Shown here: piece after piece, positions 1-10,338 of the stretch
Position numbering within the stretch: the first letter of the stretch is position 1
How the letters are laid out: every line of letters starts with the position of its first letter
Assembly (NCBI GenBank): GCA_963845065.1
Contig: CAWJQQ010000009.1
Location: 896,001-960,000 of the forward strand
Reading direction: 5' to 3'
DNA: 64,000 bases
From: Nitrospirota bacterium
GTDB lineage: Bacteria; Nitrospirota; UBA9217
Notes under the pieces: model-generated
Told to the model about the DNA's origin: nothing
Seen by the model: the letters and a program-made list of their open reading frames with translations, nothing else
The model's database searches: none
Made by a program: the position numbers and the translations under genes

Positions 1-411
1 TTAAACATCTATCGGACACTCAGGTCCTTTGACATCAATCGTGGTACACCGTTCTCGGCCTGGCTCTTCATGAGCGCCAGAAATCGCTGCATCAGTGAGC
101 TGAGGAAAAACCGTAACAGGAGACATATTCCGATAGAAGATACAGATGGTCTCATCTGTCGAGGTGTATCTCCAGAAGATTCAGCAATAGATAGTGAGCG
201 TCTCCAGGCAATACATGACTCTCTTGAACTGCTGCCGGAGCCATTCAAAAGCACAGTCCTTCAAAGCCTGCATGGAGATTCTCTAGAGGAGATGGCCCGG
301 AAGGCGGCGGTGTCCATAGGCACAGTGAAGTCGAGGCTGTTTCGGGCTCGGGATAAAATAAAAATATTTTTAAAAGAGCATTTCGGAGGAAGTGGCTATG
401 AAGATTTTTAA
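1..411 (+). CDS. ECF sigma-70 factor (5'-partial)
   Basis: Frame open from base 1: region 2 'FSAWLFMSARNRC' and region 4 'SLEEMARKAAVSIGTVKSRLFRAR'. Confidence 0.9.
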   Translation, partial: LNIYRTLRSFDINRGTPFSAWLFMSARNRCISELRKNRNRRHIPIEDTDGLICRGVSPEDSAIDSERLQAIHDSLELLPEPFKSTVLQSLHGDSLEEMARKAAVSIGTVKSRLFRARDKIKIFLKEHFGGSGYEDF

Positions 412-613
412 ACCATCCCATAATTTTGTATACCGGGTTATGGAGAATGTCCGTGCTTATGAAGCGGCGAGGACGCCATATACGTTACGCTCGAGGCTGT
501 TCCTCTCTACCAGAGTAGCCCGCTATGCTTTGACTTCGGCTGGCGCGCTCCTCGGAATGATCAACCTCCTCAGGATCTATCTGGCTATTTTTTCTCCGGT
601 CCTGTGCAGATGA
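392..613 (+). CDS. small membrane protein, possible anti-sigma factor
   Basis: Overlaps the sigma stop; 'PSHNFVYRVM' followed by a C-terminal hydrophobic helix. Confidence 0.55.
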   Translation: MAMKIFKPSHNFVYRVMENVRAYEAARTPYTLRSRLFLSTRVARYALTSAGALLGMINLLRIYLAIFSPVLCR

Positions 614-629
614 CGCTTAAGAAGTAGAA

Positions 630-654
630 GGAACCTTCTTCTTGTCAGTACGTA
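630..654 (+). promoter_or_regulatory. ECF-type promoter GGAAC-N16-CGTA
   Basis: Matches the AAC-N16-CGT ECF consensus, just upstream of the peptidase RBS. Confidence 0.5.
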
Positions 655-675
655 CCTATAAACAAGACCGAGGAG

Positions 676-1467
676 GTGACTATGAACGAGGAAAGGAACA
701 CTATGGAGAGAAAGAGATGGCTTAGTACTATCATGGGGATGACCATGCCGGGTATGGGCCAGATATATAATGGAGAACTCATCAAGGGGTTAAGTTTTAT
801 GGCAATTTTTCTGGCATTATTTGCGTTGGGTTTTCACTGGGTGGTCCTTCTGCCGGACAGATTGCTGATCGTCGGCTCGTTGGCTACTCTCATTATGGTA
901 GCAGCTGTATTTGTCATGAGCATTATCGACGCTCATCGAAGGGCGAAATACCTTGGATCCAGTTACCAGTTAAAATCCTATAATCGCTGGTATTTCTATC
1001 TGGCCGTATGGCTGCTCGGATCTGTTCTGGTTTCGGGTTCAGTCTATGATTATGTTAAGAGTAATATTATCGAAGCGTATAAAATCGTGGGAACGAGCAT
1101 GAATCCAGTCGTCCTCAAGGGTGATCGGGTCTTCGCAGATAAGACTGCTTACCGGCATATGCCGCCGCATAAGGGAGACATTATTGTTTTTGTGTACCCT
1201 GATGACCGAAGCAAAATTTTCATTAGGCGAATCGAAGGGTTGCCCGGCGAGGTGATCGCACTGACGAACGGCAGGAAAGAGCAAGTGCCGCATGGGATGA
1301 TCTATGTGCTTGGAGACAATAAAGAGCATAGTGTTGACAGTAACGAGTTCGGTTTTGTCCCGCTCAGAGACGTCATCGGCAAAGTCCGCCAGATATATTA
1401 CTCATCAGGAGATGACGGTGTCCGGTTGAAAAGGATTGGAATGACGATCAATGGCTCTATGGACTGA
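676..1467 (+). CDS. lepB: signal peptidase I (S26) with multi-TM N-terminus
   Basis: 'SMNP' Ser motif, 'FIRRIEGLPGE' (catalytic Lys position is Arg), 'VLGDNKEHSVDS..FG'. Confidence 0.8.
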   Translation: MTMNEERNTMERKRWLSTIMGMTMPGMGQIYNGELIKGLSFMAIFLALFALGFHWVVLLPDRLLIVGSLATLIMVAAVFVMSIIDAHRRAKYLGSSYQLKSYNRWYFYLAVWLLGSVLVSGSVYDYVKSNIIEAYKIVGTSMNPVVLKGDRVFADKTAYRHMPPHKGDIIVFVYPDDRSKIFIRRIEGLPGEVIALTNGRKEQVPHGMIYVLGDNKEHSVDSNEFGFVPLRDVIGKVRQIYYSSGDDGVRLKRIGMTINGSMD

Positions 1468-2238
1468 TTCTGTCGTAGGTCGGAATGGTACTTGGATCTC
1501 CTGCAAGCACTGCGCGCGCGACTGATCAGTATCTTCACCAGGTGGTGGGCAATTTGCTTCCTCTGATTTATTTTTCAGCAACACATCCTGTTTGACATTC
1601 AGCGTTGGTTTCGGCGAGGGAACTTACGTTGGGTGATCCGGCAGAGTTCCTAACGTGGTGAGAATAAGGATTGATCGCATATGCACTAGTGTTGTATTTG
1701 TTCATACGCATGATCTTCTGTCAAGATGGTTCAAATTATTGAACCTGAAACCGGCGCAAAGTGATAGAAACGAATATCATCCACATTGATAAATATTGGC
1801 TAAATACATGAATTTGATCATGTCCCAAAACCTACCTTTTAGTTAGGTTTTTAGACAATTGCCTTTATGCACGATCAGCCGCGTATTTGCAGCCGTTGCA
1901 ATGATGCCGAATCCTTTTTCGCGCCGGATTAAGATTGAATATTAGTTTATCATGACTAGATCAGAAATAATCAGTTTATTAAGTGCACTCGCAGAATAAA
2001 TATGCCAGTTACTGAAGAATGAAATAAAAAGATAGGATCGTCAATTGCACAGGCAGGAGATTCCCTGAATGTGCATCACGCACAGTGAGACAGAAAAGGA
2101 TCATCCAATGTTATAAGGCCGACATCCTAACGTTTATGGTGGGTTTTATATCAATTGCAGATTTTTTTTGTAGAATAATTCTTTCAAAGTATATTGTTTG
2201 ACATCATTGATCGCTGGTATTTTATTTCTTTGGCAATA

Positions 2239-3438
2239 ATGGATAACTCGCAGAAATTAACCACCTTTCAATTATTCAAAATATTCTTGAGGCTCGGTCT
2301 GACTTCGTTTGGCGGACCGGTAGCCCATATCGGATACTTTCGTGCCGAGTTTGTCGATCGACGCAGAGCCTTGAGCGACGATGCCTACGCCGATCTAGTC
2401 GCCCTGTGCCAGTTTCTTCCTGGCCCGGCCAGCAGCCAAGTAGGTATAGCAATTGGGATTTCCCAGGCTGGTATACGCGGCGCCTTGGCGGCATGGGTCG
2501 GTTTCACACTTCCGTCGGCATTAGCGCTGATTATGTTCGGTTATGGTGTTAATACTTTGCATGGTGCTGTGGCCCACACTGGTTGGCTCCATGGATTGAA
2601 GGTAGTCGCGGTAGCAGTGGTTGCCCTCGCAATTTGGGGAATGGCAAAAGCATTGGCGCCTGATCGGTCCCGTGGCTCAATAGCCATACTCGCGGCTGTG
2701 CTTGTGCTAGTCTGGCCGACTGCCTGGGGACAGATTCTAGCTATTCTGATCGGTGGACTGATCGGGTTACTCGCTTTAAAAACAGACTCCGTATCCGGCC
2801 ATTCAGCATTGGACATTCCGGTAGGTAGATCTACAGCAATCTTCTGTATTGGCCTATTTGCAATATTACTCTTAGGTATTCCAATCTTTGCGGGTTTAGT
2901 TCACAATCATATGATAACGTTAATTGACAGTTTTTACAGAACAGGCTCTCTGGTTTTTGGCGGTGGTCATGTTGTTCTCCCCCTGTTGAAGACTGCAGTC
3001 GTTTCTCCGGGGTGGATAAGTAAAGATTTGTTTCTGGCTGGTTATGGAGCTGCTCAAGCAGTGCCAGGGCCCCTGTTCACTTTTTCCGCCTATCTTGGAA
3101 CGGTCATGCAGCCAGCGCCCAGTGGTTGGATCGGTGGAGCTATCTGTCTGGCCGCCATTTACCTGCCGTCGTTCCTGCTCCTAATAGGAGTTCTCCCTTT
3201 TTGGGAAAGGCTGCGAAATGAAATGACTGTTCGGCACGCTCTAATGGGTGTCAATGCAGCTGTCGTAGGGTTGCTTTTAGCAGCGTTTTATGACCCTGTT
3301 TGGACAAACGGCATCTTATCTGTAAATGATTTTATATTGGGGCTGATTGCCTTTTCTCTTCTTTTGCTCTGGAAAACCCCTCCCTGGGTGGTGGTGGTAA
3401 TAACCGCAATTGGCGGTCTGCTTGCTTCGAAGATGTAG
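2239..3438 (+). CDS. chrA: chromate efflux transporter (long-chain CHR)
   Basis: 'FGGPVAH', 'LPGPASSQ', 'FGGGHVVLP', 'PGPLF' repeats; ORF open from 2194, ATG 2239 preferred. Confidence 0.93.
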   Translation: MDNSQKLTTFQLFKIFLRLGLTSFGGPVAHIGYFRAEFVDRRRALSDDAYADLVALCQFLPGPASSQVGIAIGISQAGIRGALAAWVGFTLPSALALIMFGYGVNTLHGAVAHTGWLHGLKVVAVAVVALAIWGMAKALAPDRSRGSIAILAAVLVLVWPTAWGQILAILIGGLIGLLALKTDSVSGHSALDIPVGRSTAIFCIGLFAILLLGIPIFAGLVHNHMITLIDSFYRTGSLVFGGGHVVLPLLKTAVVSPGWISKDLFLAGYGAAQAVPGPLFTFSAYLGTVMQPAPSGWIGGAICLAAIYLPSFLLLIGVLPFWERLRNEMTVRHALMGVNAAVVGLLLAAFYDPVWTNGILSVNDFILGLIAFSLLLLWKTPPWVVVVITAIGGLLASKM

Positions 3439-3691
3439 CATAAGTCATATCTTTTTGACGTCTCTCATCGATAGAGAATGTGATTTTGGAATGTAAATGG
3501 CGTAGCTGTCTGCATCGACAGCCCATATCTGTGAAACGACGTTGACATAGAATTACATCAGGTATATATTCCACCAAAATGATGCAGTGTATATTTTCAT
3601 AGTTAATCTTAGACTTCGCCCCAGGGATACAACTCCAGCTGGCAGTTTGGTCTTCACCAAGAAATCTCAGCTCAGCCGACAAAACTTTTCT

Positions 3692-4237
3692 ATGCAGAGA
3701 ATGAAATATTCATACAGCTTCATTAGCGCAGTTATCTTAGCGCTCCTTCTTGCTCTGTCAGGATGCATATTCACAAAACTGTTGACCACCAGGTTAGAGA
3801 AGCCAACCTTTACTTATAAGGGATTTGATCTGGGCGAGGTCTCGCAAAGTAGGGTAAACGTGGTCTTTATATTCTCTGCGCATAACCCTAATGGAACAGG
3901 ATTAAAGAATGTAACGTGCTCTTATGAGCTTTTTGTAGAAGGGAAAAAACTTCTGACAGGAAATGACACTCCTTTAAATCTTAACCCGAAAGGTGACACG
4001 GAAATTAAGGTGCCTGCAACAATCGCTTATGCGGACCTCGTGCCCGTTCTTGTGCAAGTCATGCGACGGATTTTATCATACCAGCAAACAATACCCATAA
4101 CAATCGAGGCAGTATTTTCCGGTAAACCTGCGATCTATAGCGAAGGAGGAAAAGAAAAAAAGATTTTCTTTGAAACAAGATTTACCAGAAATGCCGATAT
4201 CCCTTTGCCCGGCAGAGAGAAGTATAAGGGGCCATGA
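3692..4237 (+). CDS. LEA type 2 / WHy domain lipoprotein
   Basis: Lipobox LSGC; 'AHNPN' motif; beta-rich. Confidence 0.8.
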   Translation: MQRMKYSYSFISAVILALLLALSGCIFTKLLTTRLEKPTFTYKGFDLGEVSQSRVNVVFIFSAHNPNGTGLKNVTCSYELFVEGKKLLTGNDTPLNLNPKGDTEIKVPATIAYADLVPVLVQVMRRILSYQQTIPITIEAVFSGKPAIYSEGGKEKKIFFETRFTRNADIPLPGREKYKGP

Positions 4238-4319
4238 GAGGATTTGATTAGATATTTAAAACAGACAACGTTCCTTTAGATGTGATCGTTGCCACCTCTT
4301 GAAGCTTATAAAGATTTAT

Positions 4320-4460
4320 AAAAGCGTCCTGAAATACCCAGTAGCTCTGCTGCTGTGATGAAAAGGACATCCTGACGGAGTCAGGATTAGCTTTTTGTTT
4401 CGACGTGTCTTTAGGTTTCAAGGCCAGATGCCCCGCAGCTCTGCTGCGGGGTACTTTCAC
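4320..4460 (+). mobile_element. 141-bp non-autonomous IS200/IS605-type (PATE-like) element, copy 1
   Basis: Follows TTAT; left hairpin, ATCCTGAC/GTCAGGAT hairpin and CCCCGCAGC..GCTGCGGGG right hairpin; ends TCAC; repeated at 6123. Confidence 0.8.
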
Positions 4461-4702
4461 TCCGAAATTATTGATGCCTATTCGATAAATGCTCGTTTGA
4501 AGATGTTGAGAGTATACACGTGTCAGTCTGTAAGATCTTAAGAACGAGAAGTAATAACTATTCGCCTTGTCAGGGCATCCCCTGGCCGCCTGTGGTTTTT
4601 AGTGCCCGCATTTAGACTAGTGAAGCGAGGTTACTATTCCCTTAAGGAGATTTCTGGTTCGCCAACAACACGACGTGAAAAGAGCAATGGAGAGTTACAA
4701 CG

Positions 4703-5041
4703 CTATATTGCCGCTATGCCGCGTTCGTTGGTCCTTATCCGTATAGCATTGGCCATTTCATGGACAAATATCTTACCGTCTCCCACCTCGCCGGTCAATG
4801 CGGCATCGCGTATGGTCTTGATGATGTAATCGGTATCTTCATCTCGTACGACCACTTCTACCCTGGTTTTACCCAGCAAGCTCACTTTATGAGCTATGCC
4901 GCGAACTTGATTTACCCATCCTTTTTGGTTTCCCTGTCCCTGAACTTGAGAGAGCGTCACGCCAGGATGTCCTACTTTGTCCAAAGCGGCGCATACTGCT
5001 GATGCCTTCTTCGGACGTATAATCGCTTCAATTCTCTTCAT
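4703..5041 (-). CDS. P-II family regulator (divergent T-loop)
   Basis: 112 aa; 'EAIIRP', 'QKG', 'TGEVGDGKIF', 'IRIRT'. Confidence 0.92.
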   Translation of the reverse strand: MKRIEAIIRPKKASAVCAALDKVGHPGVTLSQVQGQGNQKGWVNQVRGIAHKVSLLGKTRVEVVVRDEDTDYIIKTIRDAALTGEVGDGKIFVHEMANAIRIRTNERGIAAI

Positions 5042-5157
5042 AATTGATGCCCCTTTCTATAACTGAGTATACATATATGGTGATTAACGCAGGATCGAAT
5101 AACGTTAGCTTTTGTGCTTTCTAGCTGCTATAAATAATTAAATCCGACTGAGTATTT

Positions 5158-5173
5158 AGCAAATGACATGCCA
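5158..5173 (-). promoter_or_regulatory. sigma54 promoter TGGCAT-GTCAT-TTGCT
   Basis: Exact -24/-12 spacing, 117 bp upstream of the P-II start. Confidence 0.7.
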
Positions 5174-5467
5174 TTGACAGACACAGTGGTTTTTTTTACT
5201 AACAAGTTATAAACATTACTTTGTTAGTAACAGTGGTTATATAGTATCGTACATAAAAAAAATTATTATCGATTTGATTTTGATCACATGGCTAAAATGT
5301 GGGCGATATTATCGATATTATCCTTGAGGTGCGTATTGTAGGTTGCGTGTCGCGGTTCTTGAAAAGGAGACCGTAATATTTTGGTAGATTTTAAGGGGAA
5401 GGTGTAGTATGTCCTTTTAATCCACGCTGCGCTTCAGTCGATCTCACCAGGAAAAGGAGTTTAGATT

Positions 5468-5881
5468 ATGAGATGGAAAAATGTGATTCGCGCGGGCATG
5501 CTCATTATGGCCATAATCGGCGTGTCCTTTTCAGCAGCCGTTTGGGCATCGGATGATGCACCTCGAATCACTAAGGAAGAGCTGAAGGCGCTCCTGGACA
5601 ATCCAGGCGTCATCATTCTGGATGCAAGAGTCGGGATGAGCTGGAGCAAAAGTGACAAGAAAATTAAGGGCGCAGTCCGCGTTGATCCCGGGGATGTCGG
5701 TTCCTGGGCCGGTAGCATCCCCAAAAGCAAAAAAATCGTTGTCTATTGCTCCTGACCAAGAGAAGGAACGAGTGCCAGTGTGGTGCTCAAGCTCAAGGCT
5801 CTAGGGTTCTCAAATGCATTTGCGCTAAAGGGTGGATGGTCTGAATGGTTGGCTGCAGGGTATCCTGTCCAAAGCAAGTAA
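5468..5881 (+). CDS. rhodanese-related selenoprotein (Sec UGA at 5753-5755), signal peptide
   Basis: YCS-UGA continues in frame as PREGTSASVVLKLKALGFSNAFALKGGWSEWLAAGYPVQSK, which completes the rhodanese fold; hairpin at +15..+33. Confidence 0.85.
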
Positions 5882-6122
5882 CAATCACAAGTGCAAATAC
5901 AGGGTCGTAGAAGGCCGATGGATATGTTATTTTTAAATGAAGTGAGAAATTTTGGCTACAATGATTGGTAGTGAATAATTGCTCTGCTTTAGAGTTATAG
6001 GATTATCTTGATGGGTACAGTTTTAACTGCCTTATTACATTTTCTGGGATATTTGAAACATCACTTTAGCTGCAAACAGACAATGTAATGCCGACGATTT
6101 ACGGTCCTGTTCATCAATTTAT

Positions 6123-6263
6123 AAAAGCGTCCTGAAATACCCAGCAGCTCTGCTGCTGTGATGAAAAGGACATCCTGACGGAGTCAGGATTAGCCTGTTG
6201 TTTCGACGTTTCTTTAGGTTTCAAGGCCAGATGCCCCGCAGCTCTGCTGCGGGGTACTTTCAA
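6123..6263 (+). mobile_element. 141-bp PATE-like element, copy 2
   Basis: 5 differences from 4320-4460; also follows TTAT. Confidence 0.8.
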
Positions 6264-6317
6264 TGTTTTCCGATGCTATAAGCGTCATTCTCCATTATAA
6301 AACATGCTCCTCATGCA

Positions 6318-7628
6318 TCAGGTGGCAGATGAAGGTGCGTATACTGTGGCATCTGCAGATGGCCAATCTATACCGATCACCGAGAACTGTCGTTCATAAA
6401 ACTCCTTGGTTACAGCCTGGCGTTCTTTCACTGTTTTTACAATGTCGGGATAATTATCCAGCACAAGTTGGACGATTCTCTTGTCGACGAAATTCATTCC
6501 AGCCATGTTTTTCATTATTTTTTTGATGTCTTCATACCCCATGCCTTTACGGTAGGGCCGATCCTCGGCAATTGCGGTAAATATATCTGCTACTGCCATG
6601 ATCCGTGCGCCCGTACCGATTCGGCCGGCTTCGTGGTGGAATGGGTAGCCTGAGCCATCGAGTCTCTCATGATGAAATGCCGCCCACTCAGCAATATGCT
6701 GAAGGCCACCGATCGTATTCAGTATAGAATAGGTAAAATACGTGTGTTGTCGCATGATAGCAAACTCTTCTTTGGTCAATTTATCTGGCTTGTTCAAAAT
6801 AGAGTTTGGCACCGCGAGCTTGCCGATATCGTGAAAATTTCCGGCCACCCGCATAAGATTTGCCTCAGTATCGCTGAAACCGAATAGATGCGAGAGTATA
6901 CCGACACATTCCGAGACTCCCGATGAATGGGTAGAAGTGAATCGAGATCGGAAATCAATGATATTTCGAAAGAGTTCTCCAACGGCTGTTATCGACGAAA
7001 GGTCTATGTCTACACGCCGGTACGGACCATTGTGAAGGAGGAGCGAATAAAGCCGCGGCGAAACGAGATCGAGCCAGAATTCCTCCCGGTGCGATATCCT
7101 TCGAAACAAATCGACAACATCAGGATGAATGGAAGTGTTTGAGAGTCCGGTTATCTTTTCGGTGAGGTGCTCATCTTGATGAAGGATGTAGACGTTTCGT
7201 CGAATATTACGTTCGAGATAGTCGGCTAGAAAAAGGATCTGTGATTCCAGGACTACAGGATTGGTGATCGGTTCTTTCCATTGATTCCAATCCTGATGAT
7301 GAAACCTGACGATCTGTGCGGATGATTTGAGCCAAGGAACAGTTTCCAACAAGATGCTTCCGCGAACGCAATGGGTCAACGTATCTTTTGTATCGAACTC
7401 GTGAAGACTTATCTTCTCTTCGGGAGCCAATGCGCCGATATCATGTAGCAACCCTGCGACGAAAAGCCGTTCGATTGCGTTATCGGTCAGACCGGCGGCT
7501 TTACCCATCTCCCATGACATGAAGGCGGTTCGCTGTTGATGCAGGGCAATCGATGCATCTACCAGGTCAAGGGAGTCTGATAGAGAAAGGAGCAGATTGC
7601 CTAAATTTACTGATAGTTGCTGGTACAT
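6318..7628 (-). CDS. tandem HD / HD-GYP phosphodiesterase
   Basis: 'LLHDIG' and 'FHDIGK...HHERLDGSGYP'. Confidence 0.92.
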   Translation of the reverse strand: MYQQLSVNLGNLLLSLSDSLDLVDASIALHQQRTAFMSWEMGKAAGLTDNAIERLFVAGLLHDIGALAPEEKISLHEFDTKDTLTHCVRGSILLETVPWLKSSAQIVRFHHQDWNQWKEPITNPVVLESQILFLADYLERNIRRNVYILHQDEHLTEKITGLSNTSIHPDVVDLFRRISHREEFWLDLVSPRLYSLLLHNGPYRRVDIDLSSITAVGELFRNIIDFRSRFTSTHSSGVSECVGILSHLFGFSDTEANLMRVAGNFHDIGKLAVPNSILNKPDKLTKEEFAIMRQHTYFTYSILNTIGGLQHIAEWAAFHHERLDGSGYPFHHEAGRIGTGARIMAVADIFTAIAEDRPYRKGMGYEDIKKIMKNMAGMNFVDKRIVQLVLDNYPDIVKTVKERQAVTKEFYERQFSVIGIDWPSADATVYAPSSAT

Positions 7629-7658
7629 GATTCCTCCTAAACCCTTATATTGATTATC

Positions 7659-7686
7659 ATATCGGTTTATCGATGATTAAACTTTA
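7659..7686 (-). promoter_or_regulatory. sigma28 (FliA) promoter TAAAGTTT-N12-ACCGATAT
   Basis: Consensus match with the same spacing as three other sites in the window. Confidence 0.7.
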
Positions 7687-8109
7687 ACTTGCAATTCCCC
7701 GCAGCTTGTTGCGTGTAGATTCATTGAATTTTTTGAGCTTGACGTTCTTTACAACACATTAATGTAGGCTACATTCTTCAGAATTTACTTATAAAATACA
7801 CATGCAACGACATTGACACAGACTTTAATCCGGCATATATTGTTTATAACTAGGGTAATAATGCGTCATATCCCTCGCCAAGCTAGATAACATTTGATTC
7901 ATGATATTATCTGCAGGGGCTGCTCAATTGATGGTTAGGAGACACTAAAATTCGTGCAGCGCTTCGTATCCGCACCGTCGAAGAATGATTTTAAGATGGT
8001 TCATTCCAGATTCACCAATACTGTCGGCGCAGGATGTAGCTGCAGTGAAGGCTATCTGTGGACTTTTCCATTCATTGAACTCAAGCACTAAACTGAAACG
8101 AGCAATCAG

Positions 8110-8229
8110 ATGAATCGAAGATCAAGTGAAGATCGAAGAAAATTCGTCGACCCAAACTACAAGGGGCCAGAGCGGAGAAGTGGCACAGATAGAAGATTGG
8201 GCAGAGATCGCCGAAAAAATAAATGGTGA
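8110..8229 (+). CDS. 39-aa Arg-rich small protein with [DE]RR repeats
   Basis: MNRRSSEDRRKFVDPNYKGPERRSGTDRRLGRDRRKNKW; below the ORF-track cutoff; weak RBS. Confidence 0.5.
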   Translation: MNRRSSEDRRKFVDPNYKGPERRSGTDRRLGRDRRKNKW

Positions 8230-8300
8230 TCGGATGAGTAATTTGTACGCATCTTCGTTATCTATACAAGATCAGAAGCGATTGCAATTGGAGACATAGA

Positions 8301-9023
8301 ATGCGGGATAAGAGACGACATAAGAGATTCAAATTGGATTTAATCGATTTGACCAGCAAAATGAGTTTAATTGGTGAAGTAAAAATAATTGACATAAGTT
8401 TGGGCGGAGTTGCAATAAAGGCATACAGAAAACTTAACATGGGGAAAGAGTGCTTAATGGTTCTGGGATACGAAGGGAAGCAAATTAATGTTAAGGGGAT
8501 AGTCGTTCGTTCCGAATTAAGTGGAATTGAGGAAAGAGTTGATGGAGAGAGAGCCACCATTTATTCAGCAGGTATATTGTTTAAAGATGAATCAGTAGGC
8601 AAGGTTAAAGATTTTCTTGAGTCAATTGAAAATAACAAGAAAACACAAGTTATAGAGCAATATGGCTGGTTCGATCGTGACGTCCGGTTTTCCATCACAA
8701 CGCCAAGCGAAAAAGTCCTAAATCTGGCAACGCATTTCGGCGTAAAAGAAATCAGCCAGAATGGCATAATTATACAGACCGATCATCAATTAAAGATTGA
8801 TAGCATGGTCCTAATGGAGCTCTCACTTAACTCCTGTGATCCTGTAGGTTTTATGGGGAAAATTGTTTCGTGTCGCATGACCCAGGATAAATTTCACTCA
8901 AATTACGATATAGGTGTGGAATTTTCAGAATTGACTGACCTGGGCATGTCATTGCTTATAAGTTTCATAGGCTGTGTTAAGGCTAATAAGAATTCTATGA
9001 AAAGACCCGAAAATAAGAAATAA
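8301..9023 (+). CDS. tandem PilZ domain protein
   Basis: 'KRRHKRF' plus 'DISLGG'; second degenerate domain 'DRDVRF..EISQNG..IGVEF'. Confidence 0.88.
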   Translation: MRDKRRHKRFKLDLIDLTSKMSLIGEVKIIDISLGGVAIKAYRKLNMGKECLMVLGYEGKQINVKGIVVRSELSGIEERVDGERATIYSAGILFKDESVGKVKDFLESIENNKKTQVIEQYGWFDRDVRFSITTPSEKVLNLATHFGVKEISQNGIIIQTDHQLKIDSMVLMELSLNSCDPVGFMGKIVSCRMTQDKFHSNYDIGVEFSELTDLGMSLLISFIGCVKANKNSMKRPENKK

Positions 9024-9420
9024 CAATTTATATTTTAATCATAATGATTAATCTGCCGCCGATCATTGACGTGATGAAACCTCCTGTAACACAATGCCAA
9101 GCAACATGAGGCCAGTAGTGCATATTCAGAACAATCGATTGGCGTTTGCTGATTACGACCCACGCTCTTGATGGTATCGAAAAGCAGATAGGTAGGGGGA
9201 AGAGTAACCTGGATGGAGTCTTTCAACTTCACCTCAAGCCTCTTTCCTTTTCCTTGGCTTTTTCCAAAGCGCTGGCCTGCTATCCAATTAGATTGATCTT
9301 GCATTGAGCAGTTCAGGATTTAAGTCGTTTTTATTTGAAGGCTTTTAGCGCAAGATTGTGACACATCCAGATGCTCCTAGAGCTACTGGATTTGATCGAT
9401 AATGTAGATGGGGAGGAATT

Positions 9421-9804
9421 ATGAAATTGAAGGGGATTGCTTGGCCATGGAATAAATCCGAAATTGAAAAAGAACGACTATCAACAACTAATGCAAATTA
9501 TGAAACTGTAGCAAATCAGATAATTTCTGCAACTTCCGCAGGATATAGATCCACGTACAAAACCCCTCGAACAATAGCACGCGCTGTTTCCATTATTGGA
9601 TGGATCGTTGTCATATTAAGTGTGTACGGCCTATTTCATCTTGGACTTACTATGATGAGTTTGTATTTGATCATAGGTGGATTTGTCAGCGGGCTTATCT
9701 TGGTTATTGCGGGTCAATTTACACGTGCATTAATTGATACCGCTGATAATACTAGCCAAATACTCGCATTAATGAAAAATAAAAATGAAAGAGCTGTTCA
9801 GTAG
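9421..9804 (+). CDS. hypothetical membrane protein
   Basis: GGAGG RBS; two hydrophobic helices; 'ALIDTADNT'. Confidence 0.7.
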   Translation: MKLKGIAWPWNKSEIEKERLSTTNANYETVANQIISATSAGYRSTYKTPRTIARAVSIIGWIVVILSVYGLFHLGLTMMSLYLIIGGFVSGLILVIAGQFTRALIDTADNTSQILALMKNKNERAVQ

Positions 9805-10338
9805 CTTTACAGCAATAATTCTGATTGCCTAGGTTTCGCTACGGGTAATCGTAAACATTTGATCTACTCATAGTATGTCACTCAGGAGATGTGAGGGCAG
9901 ATATGGGTAGTTGTCGACTCGATGATTTCCCTATTGATAGCTACTTTCACATTAAATCGTGATGTTGCTTTCCTTGATCCCTGCGATCTTCACGAGATAC
10001 TATTTTGCCAGAACCGCATCCTCTCCGTGTACTCCACGTCGGGGATCAAGCGTTCTTGGTTTTCGTTTTTCGCTTATACTTCCCTTGCACTTGGATTGCT
10101 TATGCCGGTCATTGCTGCATCGATTTAGATATACTTGATCTCATCTTTGAGTACTGGTTCAAAGTGTGCGCGTGACCCGTGTTTCCCGGCACCAGCGGGA
10201 TCGTCCATTTGGCTAAATACGCTGCTTAGGTGACGTTGAGTGATTTGATTAAATGAGGTTATCATAATAAATCAATCCAACGTTTCAGTTAGTCTGTTTC
10301 GTTTTTTTTCTTGAGGGTGAAACTAAAACTAAGCCAAA

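Noticed and set aside
4248..4460. 70-aa ORF MKVPRSRAAG...
   Set aside because: Antisense translation of the palindromic repeat
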